In this document: one piece after another, positions 58,701 to 64,000 of the stretch | Layout of the letters: the number at the start of each line of letters is the position of its first letter | Position numbering within the stretch: position 1 is the first letter of the stretch | Assembly: GCA_965247115.1 (NCBI GenBank) | Contig: CBDFGR010000003.1 | Coordinates: 864,001-928,000, forward strand | DNA length: 64,000 nucleotides | Source: Myxococcota bacterium | Lineage (GTDB): Bacteria > Myxococcota_A > UBA9160 > SZUA-336 | Direction of reading: 5' to 3' | Program-made: the position numbers and the translations under genes | The notes under the pieces: generated by a model | Databases searched by the model: none | What the model saw: only the letters and a program-made list of their open reading frames with translations | Told to the model about the DNA's origin: nothing

Positions 58701-60122
58701 ATGCCCGAACTTGCCCTATCCCCCTTCGCCACGACGCTCCTCGTTCTGGGCGCGATCGCAGTCCTGTATCTCGCCCGAGGACCTGCACACGCCGCCATCC
58801 GAACGCTCAGCGCGCTGTTCTCCGACGGGCTGCGTGGCCTGGCAACAGCGCTCATGGGTGGACACGAGCGTCTCACCGCGCGCAATCGGGAGATTCTCCT
58901 GGCGCAAGGCCTAGAAGCCACGGAACGGAACATTGAGCGAGAGTTCCAGCGCGTGAGCACGGTGGTCGAGGGGGACCTGAGCGGTTACCTCGACCTCCAC
59001 AGGAAGCTCTCCGACCAGATCGCCCGGATCGACGACGATTACCGCGAGTCGACGGACGCCCCACCGTCGCCTCCGGAGTGGATTCGCGCGGTCGAGACCA
59101 TCGCCTCCATTCCGACGCAGGGCGACCCCTTCGTGGGGCGCGTTCTCGGCGACATCCACAAGACCCTCCAGGAGGGTCACAAGGGCGCAATGCGCGACTA
59201 CCGGGAGGCCAGCAAGGAACGGCATCACCTACTCAAGAAGATGCTCCCCTTCTGGCGCAGCCTCGACCGTACCCTGACTCGCGTGGACGGCACGATCCGG
59301 GGCCTGCACGACCGCTCGATCGCGCTCGACAGGCAGATGGAAACCTACGAGCAAATCCGGGCGAAGACCGACGACGCCGTTCGTACCGTCTCGGCTTCGA
59401 TCATGACGCACTTCGTCTCGTCGGGCATCGTCCTGCTAATCGCGCTGATGGGAGGCTTCATCAACTTCCACCTGATCGCGCTGCCCATGTCCGAGATGGT
59501 GGGCGGGAGCAGCTACGTCGGTCCCGTCAAGACCTCCGACATCGCCGCGCTGGTCATCGTCCTGACAGAGATTGCCATGGGACTGTTCCTGATGGAGTCG
59601 ATCCGGATCACAAGGCTCTTCCCCATCGTGGGCGCCATGGATGACCGCATGCGCAAGCGCATGGCCTACGTCGCGTTCGGGATCCTGCTCACGCTGGCCT
59701 GCGTCGAGTCCTCGCTCGCCTACATGCGCGATCTCCTGGCCGCTGACCGCGAGGCTCTCGCGAAGTCGCTCATCGGTGCTCAGGTCGTCTCGGCAGAGTT
59801 CCGCTGGATCCCGTCGATAGGCCAGATGGTCATGGGCTTCATGCTGCCTTTCGCCCTGACCTTCGTGGCGATCCCCCTCGAGTCGTTCATCCAGTCCTCG
59901 CGCACTGTGGGCGGTAGCCTGCTCGCTCTTTGCATCCGCGGCGTCGCGGGCATGATGCGGGGCGCTGCGACCGTCTTCGAGCACGTGGGTGAGATGATTG
60001 TCAACCTGTACGACGTGGTCATCATCGTCCCGCTTCGCATCGGACAGCTGCTGGGGAAGCGGGGGGGTGGCGACTATGACCAAGGGCGACCCACCAGGGT
60101 CCAAGATCCTTCGGCGGTATAA
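58701..60122 (+). CDS. Uncharacterised polytopic membrane protein with long helical soluble region
   Basis: N-terminal TM, ~200 aa heptad-like region, then 4-5 hydrophobic segments. Confidence 0.75.
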   Translation: MPELALSPFATTLLVLGAIAVLYLARGPAHAAIRTLSALFSDGLRGLATALMGGHERLTARNREILLAQGLEATERNIEREFQRVSTVVEGDLSGYLDLHRKLSDQIARIDDDYRESTDAPPSPPEWIRAVETIASIPTQGDPFVGRVLGDIHKTLQEGHKGAMRDYREASKERHHLLKKMLPFWRSLDRTLTRVDGTIRGLHDRSIALDRQMETYEQIRAKTDDAVRTVSASIMTHFVSSGIVLLIALMGGFINFHLIALPMSEMVGGSSYVGPVKTSDIAALVIVLTEIAMGLFLMESIRITRLFPIVGAMDDRMRKRMAYVAFGILLTLACVESSLAYMRDLLAADREALAKSLIGAQVVSAEFRWIPSIGQMVMGFMLPFALTFVAIPLESFIQSSRTVGGSLLALCIRGVAGMMRGAATVFEHVGEMIVNLYDVVIIVPLRIGQLLGKRGGGDYDQGRPTRVQDPSAV

Positions 60123-60125
60123 GTC

Positions 60126-60770
60126 ATGAAGAAACACGCTCTCACACTCGTAGCTCTGCCCCTTTTGCTCCTCGCGTGCGGGCCGCCCGTGTCTCACAGC
60201 AAGGCCGTATACCTGCTGGTAGACACGTCGGGGACGTACACGAACGAGATCGAGAAGGTGCACAACATTACGAATTACCTTCTCGGCCTACTCAGCTCGG
60301 ACGATTCCCTTGGCCTGGCGAGGATCGACAGCGCCAGCTTCTCCGAGAAGAACATCGTGTCGAAGGTGACGTTCGACTCGCGGCCCTCGTATGCGAACCA
60401 GCAGAAGCGGACCTTTCGCAAGTCCCTGGATCGCTTCATCACGTCCACCAAAGGAAGCTCCCACACCGACATCACCGGTGCCATGATGCAGGCGGCCGAG
60501 TGGCTCAACGAGACAGGAGCCGGTCACAAGTACATCCTGATCTTCTCGGACCTCGAGGAGGATCTGCGCGAGGGGTACGTGAGGGACTTCACGATCGATC
60601 TCGCGGGAGTGCACATCGTGGCCCTGAATGTGACGAAGCTCCTCAGCGACCAGATCGACCCACGCGAGTACCTGCTGCGGCTCGAGGCCTGGCAGGAGCG
60701 CGTAGAGGCCGGTGGCGGGCGGTGGAGGGTCATCAACGACCTGGAGCGCCTGGACGGGCTGCTGGGCTAG
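60126..60770 (+). CDS. vWA-domain lipoprotein
   Basis: Lipobox LLAC, MIDAS-like LLVDTSGTY, TDITGA, ILIFSD. Confidence 0.8.
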   Translation: MKKHALTLVALPLLLLACGPPVSHSKAVYLLVDTSGTYTNEIEKVHNITNYLLGLLSSDDSLGLARIDSASFSEKNIVSKVTFDSRPSYANQQKRTFRKSLDRFITSTKGSSHTDITGAMMQAAEWLNETGAGHKYILIFSDLEEDLREGYVRDFTIDLAGVHIVALNVTKLLSDQIDPREYLLRLEAWQERVEAGGGRWRVINDLERLDGLLG

Positions 60771-60777
60771 CCCGCAG

Positions 60778-63090
<2,313 letters not shown>

Positions 63091-63100
63091 GCACGCCCTC

Positions 63101-63655
63101 CTATGAGACGGAAGTGTAGCTCGGGGACGGGACGAGCGACGACGCGACAACGTCGGGCGATGCCTGGAGCCGTGGCAGCGGCGGCAACGGATAGGTCTTC
63201 AGCAGGTGCTCGAGACCCACCTGATCGACAACACGCCAGACCAGATCTGGCGGGACGCCGTCGTCGTAGTCGATCTCGATCCGGATCTCCGGCGCCAGCG
63301 ACAGCAAGCGCGCGATCTCGGAGCTCACGCTCTCGCCCACCCAGCGGCTCTTGCGTCCGTCCTCCACCCAGACGCCGAGCCAGCGACCTTCGACCCAGAC
63401 CTCGCCGGTGGGCCAGATCTCGACGCTGATGCGATCCACGTCCGGCGCCACCGGGGGCTTCTCCTGAATGCGGATCGGAGTCGCTTCGTCACGCCGCACC
63501 AGGAGCTGCATCTGCAACGCGAGCCCGACAATCAAGATTGCCGCGATTCCGACGCCGCCGGCGAGCCGCGCCACAGCCGCGAGTCCCTCGGATCCGCGAC
63601 CCACGGCGGCGCGACCCAGACGTACAGATCGCGATGCGAAACCGGTCGCCCTCAC
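63101..63655 (-). CDS. Single-TM protein with ExbD/TolR-like periplasmic domain
   Basis: One TM then [15 protein letters not shown]...[21 protein letters not shown]; start uncertain. Confidence 0.45.
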   Translation of the reverse strand: MRATGFASRSVRLGRAAVGRGSEGLAAVARLAGGVGIAAILIVGLALQMQLLVRRDEATPIRIQEKPPVAPDVDRISVEIWPTGEVWVEGRWLGVWVEDGRKSRWVGESVSSEIARLLSLAPEIRIEIDYDDGVPPDLVWRVVDQVGLEHLLKTYPLPPLPRLQASPDVVASSLVPSPSYTSVS

Positions 63656-63759
63656 CGCTCGGAAAGTACAGGAAGTGCGCTCGTACCGTCAGTACGCTGT
63701 GCAGTCTTCACACCAGCAGACGCCAGCCGCGCACAGCCCGCTCGGCGTTCGCCACCCGC

Positions 63760-64000
63760 TCAGGATTTGGAGCCGCTCGGAATGTCCCGGAACGCGATGT
63801 CCTTGTCGACGCGAGGCTCTGGCGGAAGCCGCAGCACGCGTTCCGCGATGATGTTTCGCATGATCTCGTCGGAGCCACCCGCGATCCTTCCGCCCGGCGC
63901 GCCCAGATAGGCGGTCTGCCAGATCGGCTCGCCAAGGCTCGAGTCCGGATCCATCACGATCCCACTCTCGCCCTGGAGCTCGAGTGCGAGCGAGGCCTCC
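63760..64000 (-). CDS. Acyl-CoA dehydrogenase, C-terminal part (truncated by window edge)
   Basis: RIAGGSDEIMRNIIAERVLRLPPEPRVDK. Confidence 0.85.
   Translation of the reverse strand, partial: EASLALELQGESGIVMDPDSSLGEPIWQTAYLGAPGGRIAGGSDEIMRNIIAERVLRLPPEPRVDKDIAFRDIPSGSKS

Overview
High-GC, densely coding bacterial chromosome segment. Gene content and order (carD-ispD-ispF-cysS-uvrB-uvrC; lptC-lptA-lptB-rpoN-ptsN-hprK-rapZ-EIIA-HPr-ptsI-metK-ahcY; spoIID-like-yajC-secD-secF; bactofilin; PilZ protein) suggest a Myxococcota/deltaproteobacterial-type genome; this placement is inference. About 60 CDSs can be supported from the translations. I saw no rRNA, tRNA or CRISPR array. The most unusual structure is a ~1.5 kb unit present twice (about 8.65-10.2 kb and 55.8-57.0 kb). 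Each copy has an intact HUH/Y1 (RAYT/IS200-like) nuclease gene with an apparently leaderless sigma70-type promoter, back-to-back with a differently deleted IS481-like relic that keeps the same ~110-nt hairpin-bearing segment, and ends in a GTAGG...CCTAC motif. A modular family of GTGG-initiated, palindrome-rich intergenic repeats (16.4, 18.4, 26.6, 52.8-53.0 kb), including a REPIN-like inverted doublet, is a candidate substrate for these nucleases. Other points of interest: an orphan V4R-STAS protein, a P-loop kinase-dCMP deaminase fusion, an uncharacterised membrane protein + vWA lipoprotein pair, tandem GYD genes, and dgcN-dgcA coupled to uvrC. All product calls come from motif recognition by eye; no database search was run, and several start codons are estimates.
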